Notes: generated from the letters alone by a model not told the origin. 64,000 nt of DNA from Candidatus Liptonbacteria bacterium (GCA_023244935.1 JAHFLJ010000001.1:13327-77326), one strand, 5' to 3'. Shown: positions 17,203 through 27,675, counted from the stretch's first letter. Numbers and translations are program-made.

Positions 17203-18312
17203 CTACCTAATCAAAAAATACACAATTTCGTAGATCGCCCCTAAAATAAACACAAGCCCGCAAATTCCGGCCAATACGGATTTCCACCCCTGAAGATTTA
17301 ACGCTTTTTCGCTGGCAAAGACCACTAAAACGTATTGAATAGCCAAAAACACGCCACCGACCAACGAAATAATCAACAAAAAATTATTCAAACCGGCCCA
17401 GAATAGCAATATCGGCAGAAAAATCGGCACGGCAAAACTTGCCGTCTCACTGAACTTTAAATCTCGGTGGATTGCTTTTTTTATTTCCAGAACTATCGGC
17501 AAATATGATGTCCAAATTGCCATAAGCCCCAAAAAAACGATTAACCCAAGCCCAAATCCGGATATCAAATCAATTCCGGCCAAAGAGTCTCCGGAAACAA
17601 AAGTTGATGACCCGAAAATTGCCATGGAAAAAATCAGATAAACGAACGCCACAATTAATGTTCCGTAACTTAAAATTTTAATCGGATGCTTTTGGATTCT
17701 ACCCCTGCCGGCTTCCCGAAGTAGCGGCTCGATCGCAGTCCACCCGGCAAGCGCGAAAAGAAACGGTCCGAATGGAAATAATATTTCTTTTAGATTAATT
17801 AATGGAGCAGAAAAAAAATTCCCGACTTCCGGAGCCACTAAAAATAAATATATAATCGAAATAACCATAGCCACGGCCCCGGCAACCTCCAAAAAAACAA
17901 AACGAGAAAAATTAAAAAGTATGGGAAGAGAACACAATATCCAAAAAAATAATACGGCGAGATATGACGGTATCGGCAAAATCTTTTGTAAAAAATTCCC
18001 GCCCAGAACAATATACGCGGATAGCGTAAGTAATAAACCTAAGATTATAGAGACAAAGCCTATCTTCTTCGCCCAACCGCCCAGCTCGGAGTCCACCAGC
18101 CCCAATAAGCTTGGCATCCCCTTCTTCTCAAGAGCCAGCCAATATATATAGTGCACATAAATTAAAACTCCCGAAAAACCCAGGAGGTAAATAATCCCCG
18201 GAAGCCAACCTCCGGTCTCAAAAGTTTTCGGCAAAGCAAAAATACCCGCGCCGATTGTCGAGGCAACCAAAATACCGACCGAACTAAAATATTTGCGAAT
18301 AGCCTTAAGCAC
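17203..18312 (-). CDS. Amino acid permease (aromatic amino acid transport family)
   Basis: STIGAGIFALP in TM1 and about 11 TM segments. Confidence 0.85.
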   Translation of the reverse strand: MLKAIRKYFSSVGILVASTIGAGIFALPKTFETGGWLPGIIYLLGFSGVLIYVHYIYWLALEKKGMPSLLGLVDSELGGWAKKIGFVSIILGLLLTLSAYIVLGGNFLQKILPIPSYLAVLFFWILCSLPILFNFSRFVFLEVAGAVAMVISIIYLFLVAPEVGNFFSAPLINLKEILFPFGPFLFALAGWTAIEPLLREAGRGRIQKHPIKILSYGTLIVAFVYLIFSMAIFGSSTFVSGDSLAGIDLISGFGLGLIVFLGLMAIWTSYLPIVLEIKKAIHRDLKFSETASFAVPIFLPILLFWAGLNNFLLIISLVGGVFLAIQYVLVVFASEKALNLQGWKSVLAGICGLVFILGAIYEIVYFLIR

Positions 18313-18725
18313 TATTTTTCAATAAAAATCTCGTCCCCCTCTCTGACCCGCTTAGCAACCTTAAGTCCCAGAGATTGACCCTTCTTGGAAACCTTAACTT
18401 GCTCGTGCTCATATTGTAAAGATAAAATAACTTGAGAAAAATTTGTGGTAGCCCCTTTGAATAAAACTTTTGTTCCGACTTTGACCGGCTCTTTAAATTT
18501 AACTACGGCAACTTTTATTTTGTTGTAATAGTGAGTAATTACTCCAACGGGCTTCTCAACTTTAGCTTTTACGGCTTTGCTTTTTTTAGGAATAATCTCC
18601 TGCTTCTTTGTCGCAACTTTTTTCTTAACGGCGACTTTTTTCTTTTTTATGATAACCTTTGCCTTTTTAGCAATCTTTTTTGGCCTGGAAACTTTTTTAA
18701 CCTGCTTTTTAATTTTTTTCTTCAT
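18312..18725 (-). CDS. Lys-rich protein with a translation-factor-like beta-barrel
   Basis: VGVITHYYNKIKVAVV...GQSLGLKVAKRVREGDEIF, preceded by a Lys-rich N-terminus. Confidence 0.7.
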   Translation of the reverse strand: MKKKIKKQVKKVSRPKKIAKKAKVIIKKKKVAVKKKVATKKQEIIPKKSKAVKAKVEKPVGVITHYYNKIKVAVVKFKEPVKVGTKVLFKGATTNFSQVILSLQYEHEQVKVSKKGQSLGLKVAKRVREGDEIFIEK

Positions 18726-19335
18726 CTTTTTTTATTTGTTTATTGTCCTCTTCAATTAAGGCGATGACCTTTTCCAGCAATGCCTCCGGATCGCTGTCAA
18801 AAACAACCTTACCCGGCCCTCGGTGCGCCTTACTAATAATATCTTGTAACATGTCCGCCATCCCGCCACTTCCAAGCAAAACTCCTTGAGGCTTATTATC
18901 TTCAAACGCAATCGTAAATTCATTTAATGTTCCCATTCTTCCGCACACGGTTATAACCGCATCCGAGGATCTGGTTAAAAGCAAATTTCTGCCGGAATAA
19001 TCAAACCCGGTGTAGATAATTAAATCGTGATATTCTATCGGAAGCTTATAAAATTCCACGTGATGTTGTTGGGTTGTCGCCGGAGAAAGACCAACTACAA
19101 AACCTCCCGCCTTCTTGGCGCCTTTGGCGGCCCAGAAAGGAGCGCCGGTCGTTGCCCCGGTAACCAGAACTAAATTATGTTGCGCGATTAATTCTCCAAG
19201 CTTCTCGGAATTCTGCAAAGCAGTTTCGGAGCAATGTCCGGTCTCTGCTGCACCGGAAATACAAATTTTGTATTTCAAGTGATACACTCCACTGCCATGA
19301 CTATGTCCGTTTGTTTTTTTATCTTCTTTTTCCAT
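18709..19335 (-). CDS. LOG/SLOG-family Rossmann-fold protein
   Basis: Motifs LVTGATTG, GRNLLLTRSSD and GRMGTLNE. Start reassigned to MEKEDK. Confidence 0.85.
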   Translation of the reverse strand: MEKEDKKTNGHSHGSGVYHLKYKICISGAAETGHCSETALQNSEKLGELIAQHNLVLVTGATTGAPFWAAKGAKKAGGFVVGLSPATTQQHHVEFYKLPIEYHDLIIYTGFDYSGRNLLLTRSSDAVITVCGRMGTLNEFTIAFEDNKPQGVLLGSGGMADMLQDIISKAHRGPGKVVFDSDPEALLEKVIALIEEDNKQIKKDEEKN

Positions 19336-19342
19336 TTTTAAA

Positions 19343-20689
19343 TTATAACACAACCTCCTCGTGACCTTTTGGAACATAAGCGTCCACCGCAAACTCGTCC
19401 CGGAGCTTCTGCGCCAACACTTCGCTCGCGCCTTCTTCACCCTGAATAACAAAAACCTTCTTAAGCGTAGACTTCCTTGGCTCGACCCACTTCAAAAGCT
19501 TCGGCTGATCGGCATGCGCGGAATACGCGCTAATACTTCGAATTTTGCAATTAACCTGGATCGGCTCTCCGAAAATTTTAACCGTCTTTTCGCCGTCGAA
19601 AATTCTTCTGCCCAAAGTTCCTTTGGCCTGATAACCCACAAAAAGAATTGTACTCTTTGGATCGGATAAATATCTCTTCTCGTGGTGAAGAATTCTGCCA
19701 CCGTTCGACATACCGGATCCGGCAATAATTATTTTAGGCGCGGGAACATCATTAATTTCCTTGGATTGTTCTGTTGTTAAAGTTAATCGCAGTCCCGGGA
19801 AATTCAAAATATCTTCTCCGGACTTAACCAGTTTATATGTCTCGGCGTTAAAATATTTCTCATATTTTTTATAGACTGCGGTAATTTTTATCGCTAACGG
19901 GCTATCAATAAATACCGGCACTTTTGGAACACGTCCATGAGTGAATAAATCGTCCATGTGATACAAGAGCTCTTGAGTACGCTCCATTGCAAATGTTGGA
20001 ATCATCAAAACTCCACCATCCTTAACCGCGTCTTCAATTGCATCTTCCAAATCAGCCTCCCGGTTTTCTTCTCTCTCGTGGAATCTGTCGCCGTAAGTTG
20101 ATTCTATCAATAGATAATTCACATCTGGAAGATTTTCGGTGTTGTGGATTATTGGCGCCGGATAATTTCCTAAATCTCCGGAGAATGCCACTGACTTTCC
20201 CTCGGCTTCAACTTTAATAATTGCGGAACCTAAAATATGTCCGGCGTCATAAAGAGTCACTTTAAACGGACCGACTTCAACAGTTTCATGATACGGAACT
20301 CCCTGCCACCTAATCATTACTCTTTCGATATCTTCCACTTCGTAAAGCGGAGGTAGCCCGGCCTTGTCACTTTCCCCTTTTAATACGTGCTGAGAATCAA
20401 TCAACAGTAATTCCGCAAAATCTTTGGTCGGCGGAGTTGAATAGATTGTGCCGACAAAACCGTCATTGACTAATTTCGGCAATCGCCCCACGTGATCAAT
20501 GTGCGCGTGAGTAATAAACACCGCCTGCACCTCGCTCGGATTATATTGAAAATCCTCAAAATTACTTTTTTCCACAAAACTCCCTCCCTGCTCCAATCCG
20601 CAATCAATTAAAATTTTAGAATCACCGGACTCCAAAAGATAATTAGCCCCAGTTACGCTCCCTGCTCCTCCGTGAAAAGTTAGTTTCAT
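19343..20689 (-). CDS. MBL-fold beta-CASP ribonuclease
   Basis: Motifs THAHIDHVG, AGHILGS, SGDLG, ESTYGDR and YSAHAD. Confidence 0.92.
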   Translation of the reverse strand: MKLTFHGGAGSVTGANYLLESGDSKILIDCGLEQGGSFVEKSNFEDFQYNPSEVQAVFITHAHIDHVGRLPKLVNDGFVGTIYSTPPTKDFAELLLIDSQHVLKGESDKAGLPPLYEVEDIERVMIRWQGVPYHETVEVGPFKVTLYDAGHILGSAIIKVEAEGKSVAFSGDLGNYPAPIIHNTENLPDVNYLLIESTYGDRFHEREENREADLEDAIEDAVKDGGVLMIPTFAMERTQELLYHMDDLFTHGRVPKVPVFIDSPLAIKITAVYKKYEKYFNAETYKLVKSGEDILNFPGLRLTLTTEQSKEINDVPAPKIIIAGSGMSNGGRILHHEKRYLSDPKSTILFVGYQAKGTLGRRIFDGEKTVKIFGEPIQVNCKIRSISAYSAHADQPKLLKWVEPRKSTLKKVFVIQGEEGASEVLAQKLRDEFAVDAYVPKGHEEVVL

Positions 20690-20808
20690 AAATTTATTTT
20701 TTTGTCTTTAAATTATACCACGCATAATATATTTTTCATTCCACTTTACATATTAAAGTTTTGTGATATAATACAGCGGCACATTTAATAGAAAGGGAGG
20801 AAGTCGTT

Positions 20809-21171
20809 TTGAAGAAAAAGGGTGCAATCGCAAAGGCGAAAACCAAATACCACATCTGGGGGAACATCGCCAACTCTAACATCACCTTCAATGAGTTCAC
20901 CTGCGCCTATTCCGAGGCACAGGCCAAGCTCGTCCTTCACCGCCGCCTGCAGGCTCGGTATCCGAGGATGGTAATTTTCCTCGACTACCGTGGCTGTAAG
21001 GCTACGGCAGTCCGCCCGAAGCTTTCGGGGATGATTCCCGAGAACGACTCGTCCTACCCCTGTACCGAGGGATGCGGCGGAGAGCCGGAGTTCGTCCCGC
21101 GGACCGAAAAAAAGCAGAAGACCAAAATCTTCCGCAGGACCGTTCGGTCGGCAAACCTCTCGCTCTTCTAG
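20809..21171 (+). CDS. Orphan basic protein
   Basis: TGATATAAT promoter (20764-20772), SD GGGAGG, TTG start, GC-rich codons and a terminator directly after the stop. Confidence 0.65.
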   Translation: MKKKGAIAKAKTKYHIWGNIANSNITFNEFTCAYSEAQAKLVLHRRLQARYPRMVIFLDYRGCKATAVRPKLSGMIPENDSSYPCTEGCGGEPEFVPRTEKKQKTKIFRRTVRSANLSLF

Positions 21172-21193
21172 CCCCACGATGTGGGGCTTTTTT
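21170..21193 (+). terminator. Intrinsic terminator
   Basis: AGCCCCAC-gat-GTGGGGCT followed by a T-run. Confidence 0.8.
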
Positions 21194-21256
21194 ACACTTT
21201 GCAACTTATTTTGCGAAGGCTTCTGTCTTGCCGAGGCAAAACAAGTCGCAAAGTGG

Positions 21257-22501
21257 TTATAAATTAACCTTTTCCAATTCTTCTTCAAAAACCTTCCTTT
21301 CGTCCCAGGCAATTTTTTCGTCTTTTGACTGATGAATCCAAGACTCGCTTCCTTTTCCGGTTGACACAACCACATCTCCGGGATGAGCGGATCGAACCGC
21401 CAAAGCAATAGCCTCTCTTCTGTCTAAAATCTTAAAAACATTTCCCATGTCGTATCCGGCTTCGCGTATTCCGTTTTCAATTTCTTCCAATATTCTTTCC
21501 GGTTTTTCTTCGTATGGATCTTCATCGGTTAAAATTATCAAATCACAATATTTTGCCGCCACTCTTCCCATCATTGGCCTCTTCCACTTATCTCTTCCCC
21601 CACCAGCCGATCCTAAAACACAAATCAACCTGCCGTCCGGAATTCCCATTTTTAACGTCTTATAAATTGCCTCCAAGGAATCCGGCGTATGAGCGTAATC
21701 CACTACTACCGCAAATGGTTCTCTCTGAACGTATTCAACTCTTCCCGGAACCCCTTTAAAATTTTCTATTCCTTCAATAATTTTTTCTTCGGGAATACCC
21801 AACTTTCTGCATATCGAAATTGCCAATGCGATATTTTCCCGACTGAACTTCCCCGGCAAAATTTTATAAACCTCCTGCGTAAACTCCGGCAATTCTTCTG
21901 CATTGTAAACAACCACCTCGTTTTCTTTCAACTCCTTTTCAAAGAATCCGGCGCTAGGGTCATCGCCATTCACAAACACCGGAGCTCCCTGCATGCCGGC
22001 GTAATTCAAAAAAGAAAGCTTCGCTTCGCGGTATTTTTCAAACGACCCATGAGACTCGATGTGCTCCGGGTGCAAATTTGTAATTCCAACCATCGCCCAG
22101 TTAATGAACATATGTCTATATAAAACCGTGCCCTGAGACGTTGATTCAATTAAAGCATACTCGCAATCTGCGCTCACCGCTCGACGCAAAAATCGTTGAA
22201 TGAACATTCTTCCGGGCATCGTATTGCCGGTCATATTCTTTTTTGATTTTTCTCCAATTTTCACTCTAACCGAAGTCAAAAGCGCAGTCTTTTTACCGGC
22301 AGATTCCAAAATCGAATTGATTATTTCCAAAACCGTGCTCTTGCCTTTGGTTCCGGTAACCCCGATTACTTTTATCTTCCTGCTTGGAAATCTATAAATT
22401 AAAGCGCCCGAAACAGCAAAAAATATGTGGTATAGCCGAAGGAATATTGGCAGTCTGTATACCCAAGAAATAATCGGCAGTCTTTTGAGTTTTTCCAACA
22501 T
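21257..22501 (-). CDS. murE: Mur ligase, MurE-like (short N-terminus)
   Basis: Motifs GVTGTKGKST, NLHPEHIESH, VDYAHTPDS, RDKWKRP and TDEDP. Confidence 0.8.
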   Translation of the reverse strand: MLEKLKRLPIISWVYRLPIFLRLYHIFFAVSGALIYRFPSRKIKVIGVTGTKGKSTVLEIINSILESAGKKTALLTSVRVKIGEKSKKNMTGNTMPGRMFIQRFLRRAVSADCEYALIESTSQGTVLYRHMFINWAMVGITNLHPEHIESHGSFEKYREAKLSFLNYAGMQGAPVFVNGDDPSAGFFEKELKENEVVVYNAEELPEFTQEVYKILPGKFSRENIALAISICRKLGIPEEKIIEGIENFKGVPGRVEYVQREPFAVVVDYAHTPDSLEAIYKTLKMGIPDGRLICVLGSAGGGRDKWKRPMMGRVAAKYCDLIILTDEDPYEEKPERILEEIENGIREAGYDMGNVFKILDRREAIALAVRSAHPGDVVVSTGKGSESWIHQSKDEKIAWDERKVFEEELEKVNL

Positions 22502-22516
22502 ATTTTTATAAAATAA

Positions 22517-23098
22517 TTATTTATTTTTTCCGCTTAATATTTTCAAAGCCTCTTTTAATCTATTCTCGAGACCGATTGTATCCGCAGAGATTTTAGCCAG
22601 CGCCACTCGCGCGGTTTCTTTCCTGTAGCCCAAAGATGCCAAAGTCTCAACCAAATCTCCGTCTGACTCCATCGATTTTACAATTTCTTCCGACTGCAAA
22701 GTTGCCACCTTGCCCCTAAGTTCAATAATCACTTTTTCGGCGGTCTTTCTGCCGATACCCGAAGCTTGAGTTAAAAGATCCGGACGGTTTTCAATAATCG
22801 CCGCGGAAAGTTTTCCTATCTCGGCCACGTCCAAAATTGAAAGGGCTGATCTTGGACCTACTCCGGAAACCGAGATTAACAATTCAAAAAATGACAACTC
22901 GGACGGAGATAAAAATCCGTATAAATCCAATGCATCCTCTTTCACGTGTAAATGAGTAAAAATATTCAGCTCTTTTTCTTCCGAAAGATTTCCGAGATCC
23001 TTTTCGGACATGGCAATTTTAAACCCAACGCCGTTCACGTCAAGAACCGTGAATGTATTAAAAACTTTTTTTACCCTCCCATTTAAGCTATATATCAC
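22517..23098 (-). CDS. ruvA: Holliday junction branch migration protein RuvA
   Basis: Motifs LYGF, LISVSGVGPR, GIGRKTAEK and LASLGY. Confidence 0.96.
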   Translation of the reverse strand: MIYSLNGRVKKVFNTFTVLDVNGVGFKIAMSEKDLGNLSEEKELNIFTHLHVKEDALDLYGFLSPSELSFFELLISVSGVGPRSALSILDVAEIGKLSAAIIENRPDLLTQASGIGRKTAEKVIIELRGKVATLQSEEIVKSMESDGDLVETLASLGYRKETARVALAKISADTIGLENRLKEALKILSGKNK

Positions 23099-23183
23099 CC
23101 AATCATTATAGCAGAAATCCGCTGATTTAAAATTAATGTGGTTTCTGCTTATTATTCCCTAAAAACTATTGGCCAGTGGCTAA

Positions 23184-23864
23184 TTACTGCTCTTCCGTGC
23201 TGGTCGCACTCGTAGAAGTCGCGCGCTCGTCCGGTAGTTTTTCGTAAATAATTTCCCTCACCGCTTTTGTCTCGCCTCCTAAAAATTTCTTAGCAATAAC
23301 CTCTACCACATTCATTCCGGGGAACAAAGCCACATCCTTTTGCCACAATCCGTCTTTAATCTCGGCTCTTTCTCCATTTATATATATTTCATCGGCATTA
23401 ACCACCGTTCCGCTAATTAAAATCTTTTCTTCGCCATACATAATCCTCTGCTCGCGCGGATTCCCGATCGCAATTTCCGGTAATCCGGAAAGGCGTGGTA
23501 TTTGTAAAATTAAATATATAAGTATTAAAACTCCAAAAAGCCCTAACCAAAAATACTTGGCAATTGGCTTTCTGGAAAAACGATTGTGTGGCAATTTATC
23601 CAATGGCCCCGAACTCTTCATTTCCTCCTGCGCCTCGCCTTTCCATTTTTTAAATGCCTCCTCGCCGTCAAAGTCCAATATCTCTCCAAGTTTAATAAAA
23701 TATCCGTGTAGATACGGAGCTGCCGGCAAACTTTTATAATCCCCTTTCAGAATACTTTCCAAATTTCGCGCCGAGATACCGGAAATCTCCGCCAATTTTT
23801 CCAAGGTGAAATTTTTGTCTCGCAACTTCTCGGCAAAAAAAACACTAAATCCGTCTTTTTCCAT
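23184..23864 (-). CDS. RodZ-like HTH membrane protein with a C-terminal Ig-like domain
   Basis: N-terminal HTH, one TM helix, C-terminal beta-rich domain; lies next to ftsK. Confidence 0.7.
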   Translation of the reverse strand: MEKDGFSVFFAEKLRDKNFTLEKLAEISGISARNLESILKGDYKSLPAAPYLHGYFIKLGEILDFDGEEAFKKWKGEAQEEMKSSGPLDKLPHNRFSRKPIAKYFWLGLFGVLILIYLILQIPRLSGLPEIAIGNPREQRIMYGEEKILISGTVVNADEIYINGERAEIKDGLWQKDVALFPGMNVVEVIAKKFLGGETKAVREIIYEKLPDERATSTSATSTEEQ

Positions 23865-23968
23865 CTTTATATTTTTTATTATGTATTCTCCGCGTTACTC
23901 GCCTCGCCCGCCTAGACTCGGCGAGGCTGGCTGACACTTGTCGAAGCGGGTAAGTTATGAGTCATACG

Positions 23969-26101
23969 TTACTCCGCCGGCTTTTCGAGATAAACTTCCC
24001 GTGGCTTCGCGCCGTTTCCCGGACCAATTACGCCCTTCTCTTCCATAAGATCCAGGAGCCGCGCGGCCCTTGAGTATCCGACCTGAAGTCGTCTTTGTAA
24101 AAGCGAAGCGGATGCTTTTTGAGCCGAAGTGACCACCGCTACGGCCTCATCATATAACTCATCCGAGTCGTCTTCAAGATACTCCGAAAAAATGTCTTTT
24201 TGAGGAATTGCCGTGGAGACCTGCTCAATTTGATCCGCGACCTGTGAAGCTTCCTGCCCCGGAACCTCGACGAACATTTTATTATGCTCTCGAATGAAAT
24301 CAGCGACTCTGTTTATCTCCCCTTCGGTAATATATGCTCCTTGAATTCTGCGTGGCTTAGAAAGTTCTGCGCTCATAAATAATAAATCTCCTCCGCCCAA
24401 AAGTTTTTCGGCTCCGGCTGTATCCAATATTGTTCTGGAGTCAATTTGACTCGCTACCTGCAAAGCAATACGACTTGGAATGTTCGCCTTAATTAGTCCC
24501 GTAATAACCTCAACCGACGGTCGTTGAGTAGAAAGAACCAGATGAATTCCCGTAGCTCGAGCCATTTGTGCCAATCTCACGATAGAACCTTCCACTTCTC
24601 TGCCGTAAGTGCTCATTAAATCCGCCATTTCATCGATGACTATCACCACGCTCGGCAAAGCTTCTTCTTTATGCCCGGCGTTATAACTTTTAATGTCTCG
24701 ATTTCCGGCTTTCTGTAAAAGCTCATAACGCCTGTCCATTTCTTGTAACGCCCACCTAAACACGCCCATCGCTTTTTTGTTTTCGGTAATTACCGGACTA
24801 ATTAAATGTGGTAATCCGGCATACGCCGAAAGTTCTACGCGCTTCGGATCTATTAAAATCATTCGAAGGGTTGAAGGACCATTCTTGTAGATTAAAGAAG
24901 TAATTATAGAGTGAATCATCACCGACTTTCCGCTACCGGTCGATCCGGCGACCAACAAATGCGGCATTTTTTGAATATCTCCGAATATCGGCTCACCGGT
25001 TACATCTCTTCCAATGACAAAACTAAGCGGTGGGCCATTTTGGAAATCATCATAGTTCATCAAGCTCCCCAAGCGAACCAACGCCGCAGTTTTGTTTGGA
25101 ACCTCGATCCCAACCAAAGATTTTCCCGGAATCGGGGCCTCGATACGAATCGGGTGCGCGGCAAGAGCCAAAGCCATGTCCTGCCCAAGCGCGGTTATTT
25201 TTGAGAGCTTTACGCCTTCGGCCGGCTTCAAAGTATAACGAGTAACTTTCGGTCCGATATTTATTTCTCCCATCTCTACCGGAATACCGAAACTCTCCAG
25301 AGTTCTTTTGATGATATTCGCATTCGCTCTCAAGTCCCCGGTTGTCGGCTTCTCGGTTGCCGAATCCAAAAGTGAAAGCGGAGGAGGAGTGTAATCTTTA
25401 AGTTGCATCTGTTGCTGCGTTTTATTTTTCTTTGGCGAGAAAAGCGCAAACTTTGGCTGCTCGGCAACATTTGGCTCAATCTCCGCTTCCTCCTCGCTTG
25501 TATCCTTATTCTTCTTTAATATTTGCTCCGCAACCTCGTCTTCTTCTTCCGCCTCCGAATCAATCTCCGGAATTTCAATCTCTATCTCTTTCGGCTTTTT
25601 ACTAAATTTCAATGGAACATTAAAAACAATTAAAATTGAAGCACACAAAACAATGAAGTTTATTATCGCCGAAGCAACATTCCCGAATGGATATTTTAAT
25701 GATCCGAGCGCCAATCCGATAAATCCTCCGCGCGCCGGAGAAAAAATATCAATAAGTCCTAATATGGCAAAAACGGCAAGTCCCGCCCCCATAGACGTTA
25801 CTCCTACGAAACGTCGTTTCCTTGAAGTCAAAAATACCCCGGCCAGTATAAATAATATTAGTGGACCCAAAAAATAACCCACTCCCAACAGCTTGGTCAA
25901 AACATTTTTTAAGAAATCGCCAACCGGCCCGGCAGAGTTAAAACCGGAAAGAGTCAAAACAACGGCTATCCCGACATAAATCAGCCCCCAAATGCTCTCC
26001 AGAGTATGAGGATGTAATTTACCGTCCGGTTCTACTTCATGGTTTGACTGCGCCTTCAAAATAGCCTGCTGTTCTTTTAACTTCTTTTTCTTTTTGGACA
26101 T
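23969..26101 (-). CDS. ftsK: DNA translocase FtsK
   Basis: Motifs PHLLVAGSTGSGKS, IDPKRVEL, TQRPS and gamma-domain SLLQRRLQVGYSRA. Start MSKKK. Confidence 0.96.
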   Translation of the reverse strand: MSKKKKKLKEQQAILKAQSNHEVEPDGKLHPHTLESIWGLIYVGIAVVLTLSGFNSAGPVGDFLKNVLTKLLGVGYFLGPLILFILAGVFLTSRKRRFVGVTSMGAGLAVFAILGLIDIFSPARGGFIGLALGSLKYPFGNVASAIINFIVLCASILIVFNVPLKFSKKPKEIEIEIPEIDSEAEEEDEVAEQILKKNKDTSEEEAEIEPNVAEQPKFALFSPKKNKTQQQMQLKDYTPPPLSLLDSATEKPTTGDLRANANIIKRTLESFGIPVEMGEINIGPKVTRYTLKPAEGVKLSKITALGQDMALALAAHPIRIEAPIPGKSLVGIEVPNKTAALVRLGSLMNYDDFQNGPPLSFVIGRDVTGEPIFGDIQKMPHLLVAGSTGSGKSVMIHSIITSLIYKNGPSTLRMILIDPKRVELSAYAGLPHLISPVITENKKAMGVFRWALQEMDRRYELLQKAGNRDIKSYNAGHKEEALPSVVIVIDEMADLMSTYGREVEGSIVRLAQMARATGIHLVLSTQRPSVEVITGLIKANIPSRIALQVASQIDSRTILDTAGAEKLLGGGDLLFMSAELSKPRRIQGAYITEGEINRVADFIREHNKMFVEVPGQEASQVADQIEQVSTAIPQKDIFSEYLEDDSDELYDEAVAVVTSAQKASASLLQRRLQVGYSRAARLLDLMEEKGVIGPGNGAKPREVYLEKPAE

Positions 26102-26322
26102 CTTGTTAAATTGTAATCCAATTTTACCGCGTTTTCCACCAGGTAGTAGAATTTCGCTCGCGCTTTTTAATTTTATCAACCATTCAAAATAAACACTTTT
26201 CGACAAGATCACTATTGCCCGGCACAGAATGCCGACTGGCACGACAGAAAATTAGCGAAATTTCACTACCGGGTCCACCCTACCTATTGGCTAATGGCTG
26301 TTTACTGGTTACTATTTAATAA

Positions 26323-26712
26323 ATGAAGGCTCATCCGCAAAAAGGAATTTGCTATTTACTGGAAAAAGAATTTGCCAAACCTCTGGCCGAAAGAATTTTT
26401 GATTCCCTTGGCAGGCATTTTGGCGCCGGAGAAATTATCCTGGGTTATTCCGATTCCTCCTCCCGATCTCACTACCAAACCGCGATTGAATCCCTGCTTG
26501 CTTCCAACGAGAAAATCTCTCTGGTTAAGTCCGGGATAATCAGCGAAAAACTTTTTGCCTTTCTTCTGGAAAGAACCGGAGCAACCGGTGGAGTATATTT
26601 TACCGGCGCGGATAAAAAAAATGTCTGCATTAAATTCTTCGGCAAAAATGCCAGGCCTCTAAATCAATCCGAACTGGCCAAAATCGGCAAAGTTATTAAA
26701 AAAAATGCTTAA
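26323..26712 (+). CDS. Degenerate phosphohexomutase (PGM/PMM) domain-I-like protein
   Basis: Pattern IILGYSD...GGVYFTGADKKNVCIKFF resembles VGxD...GGxxITASHNPxxxNGxKF but lacks the catalytic SHN. Confidence 0.5.
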   Translation: MKAHPQKGICYLLEKEFAKPLAERIFDSLGRHFGAGEIILGYSDSSSRSHYQTAIESLLASNEKISLVKSGIISEKLFAFLLERTGATGGVYFTGADKKNVCIKFFGKNARPLNQSELAKIGKVIKKNA

Positions 26713-27466
26713 AAATATTTCCACAAAAAAACTATTTATTTTTGACCTCGATGGAACGCTAACCGAAAGCAAATCTCCGATTACTACAAAAATGGCGAAC
26801 CTTCTTTCGGCTCTCCTAACCGAAAAAAAAGTTGCGGTAATCTCCGGCGGTAAATTTGCCCAATTTAAAAAACAGTTTATTTCCAAACTAAAAACCGACG
26901 GCTCCGTCTTAAAAAATTTAACTCTATTCCCGACAAACTCCACGGCTTTCTACTCACCAGTTGGCTCGTCATGGAAAAAAATTTACGAAGAGACGCTCTC
27001 CCCGACCGAAAAAACAACGATATTATCTGCTCTAAAAAAACTTCAAAGTTCTCCCTTATACCGGAAACCAAAAAAAGTTTATGGAAAAATAATTGAAGAC
27101 AGAGCAACTCAAATAACTATTTCGGCGCTTGGTCAACTTGCGCCCGTAAGCGCGAAAAAAAAATGGAATAAAATTAGCGACCTCCGCACTATATATATCT
27201 CTGCCTTAAAAAAGGATCTTGGAAAATTTGAAATTAAAAAAGGAGGACTAACCTCGATTGACATAACCCGTGAAGGAATCGATAAAGCTCATGGTATTAA
27301 AAAAATACTCAAAGAATTAAACATTCCCAAAACAGATGCTGTTTTCATAGGAGATGCCTTCTACCCCGGAGGCAACGACGCTCCGGCCAGGAAGGCAGGA
27401 ATTGACTGCATCCCCGTCTCCGGCCCGAAAGAAACCGAAAAAATAATCAAGACGGCTCTCAAGTAG
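26705..27466 (+). CDS. HAD-IIB hydrolase, phosphomannomutase-like
   Basis: Motifs FDLDGTL, ISGG, EDRATQIT, GGLTSID and IGDAFYPGGND. Confidence 0.85.
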   Translation: MLKNISTKKLFIFDLDGTLTESKSPITTKMANLLSALLTEKKVAVISGGKFAQFKKQFISKLKTDGSVLKNLTLFPTNSTAFYSPVGSSWKKIYEETLSPTEKTTILSALKKLQSSPLYRKPKKVYGKIIEDRATQITISALGQLAPVSAKKKWNKISDLRTIYISALKKDLGKFEIKKGGLTSIDITREGIDKAHGIKKILKELNIPKTDAVFIGDAFYPGGNDAPARKAGIDCIPVSGPKETEKIIKTALK

Positions 27467-27483
27467 TTTTATCTGGCACTAGT

Positions 27484-27675
27484 GAGATTATTAGTTTTTG
27501 AGAGGTGTCTGAAAAACCTTTTAGCTCGATCCCGCCAAGGGCGGGTAAAAGGTTTTGAAGACAGTTAGATTTTTGCTGTGACTGAGCAAGAGCGAAGAAA
27601 TACCTAAGGCCAGCAGGCCGAGGCAGAAAAAAATCGACACGACCCCTCAAAACTAATAATTGAGCGGGTTTGACT
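27484..27675 (+). repeat. Promoter-abutting structured element, copy B
   Basis: Outer stem ATTATTAGTTTT(T)GAG/CTCAAAACTAATAAT; inner stem AAAACCTTTT/AAAAGGTTTT; ends GAGC-gggt-TTGACT, then 17 nt, then TACCAT. Confidence 0.8.

Noticed and set aside
20785-21408. 207-aa minus-strand ORF
   Set aside because: It is the antisense shadow of the plus-strand orphan, which has a promoter, SD and terminator.
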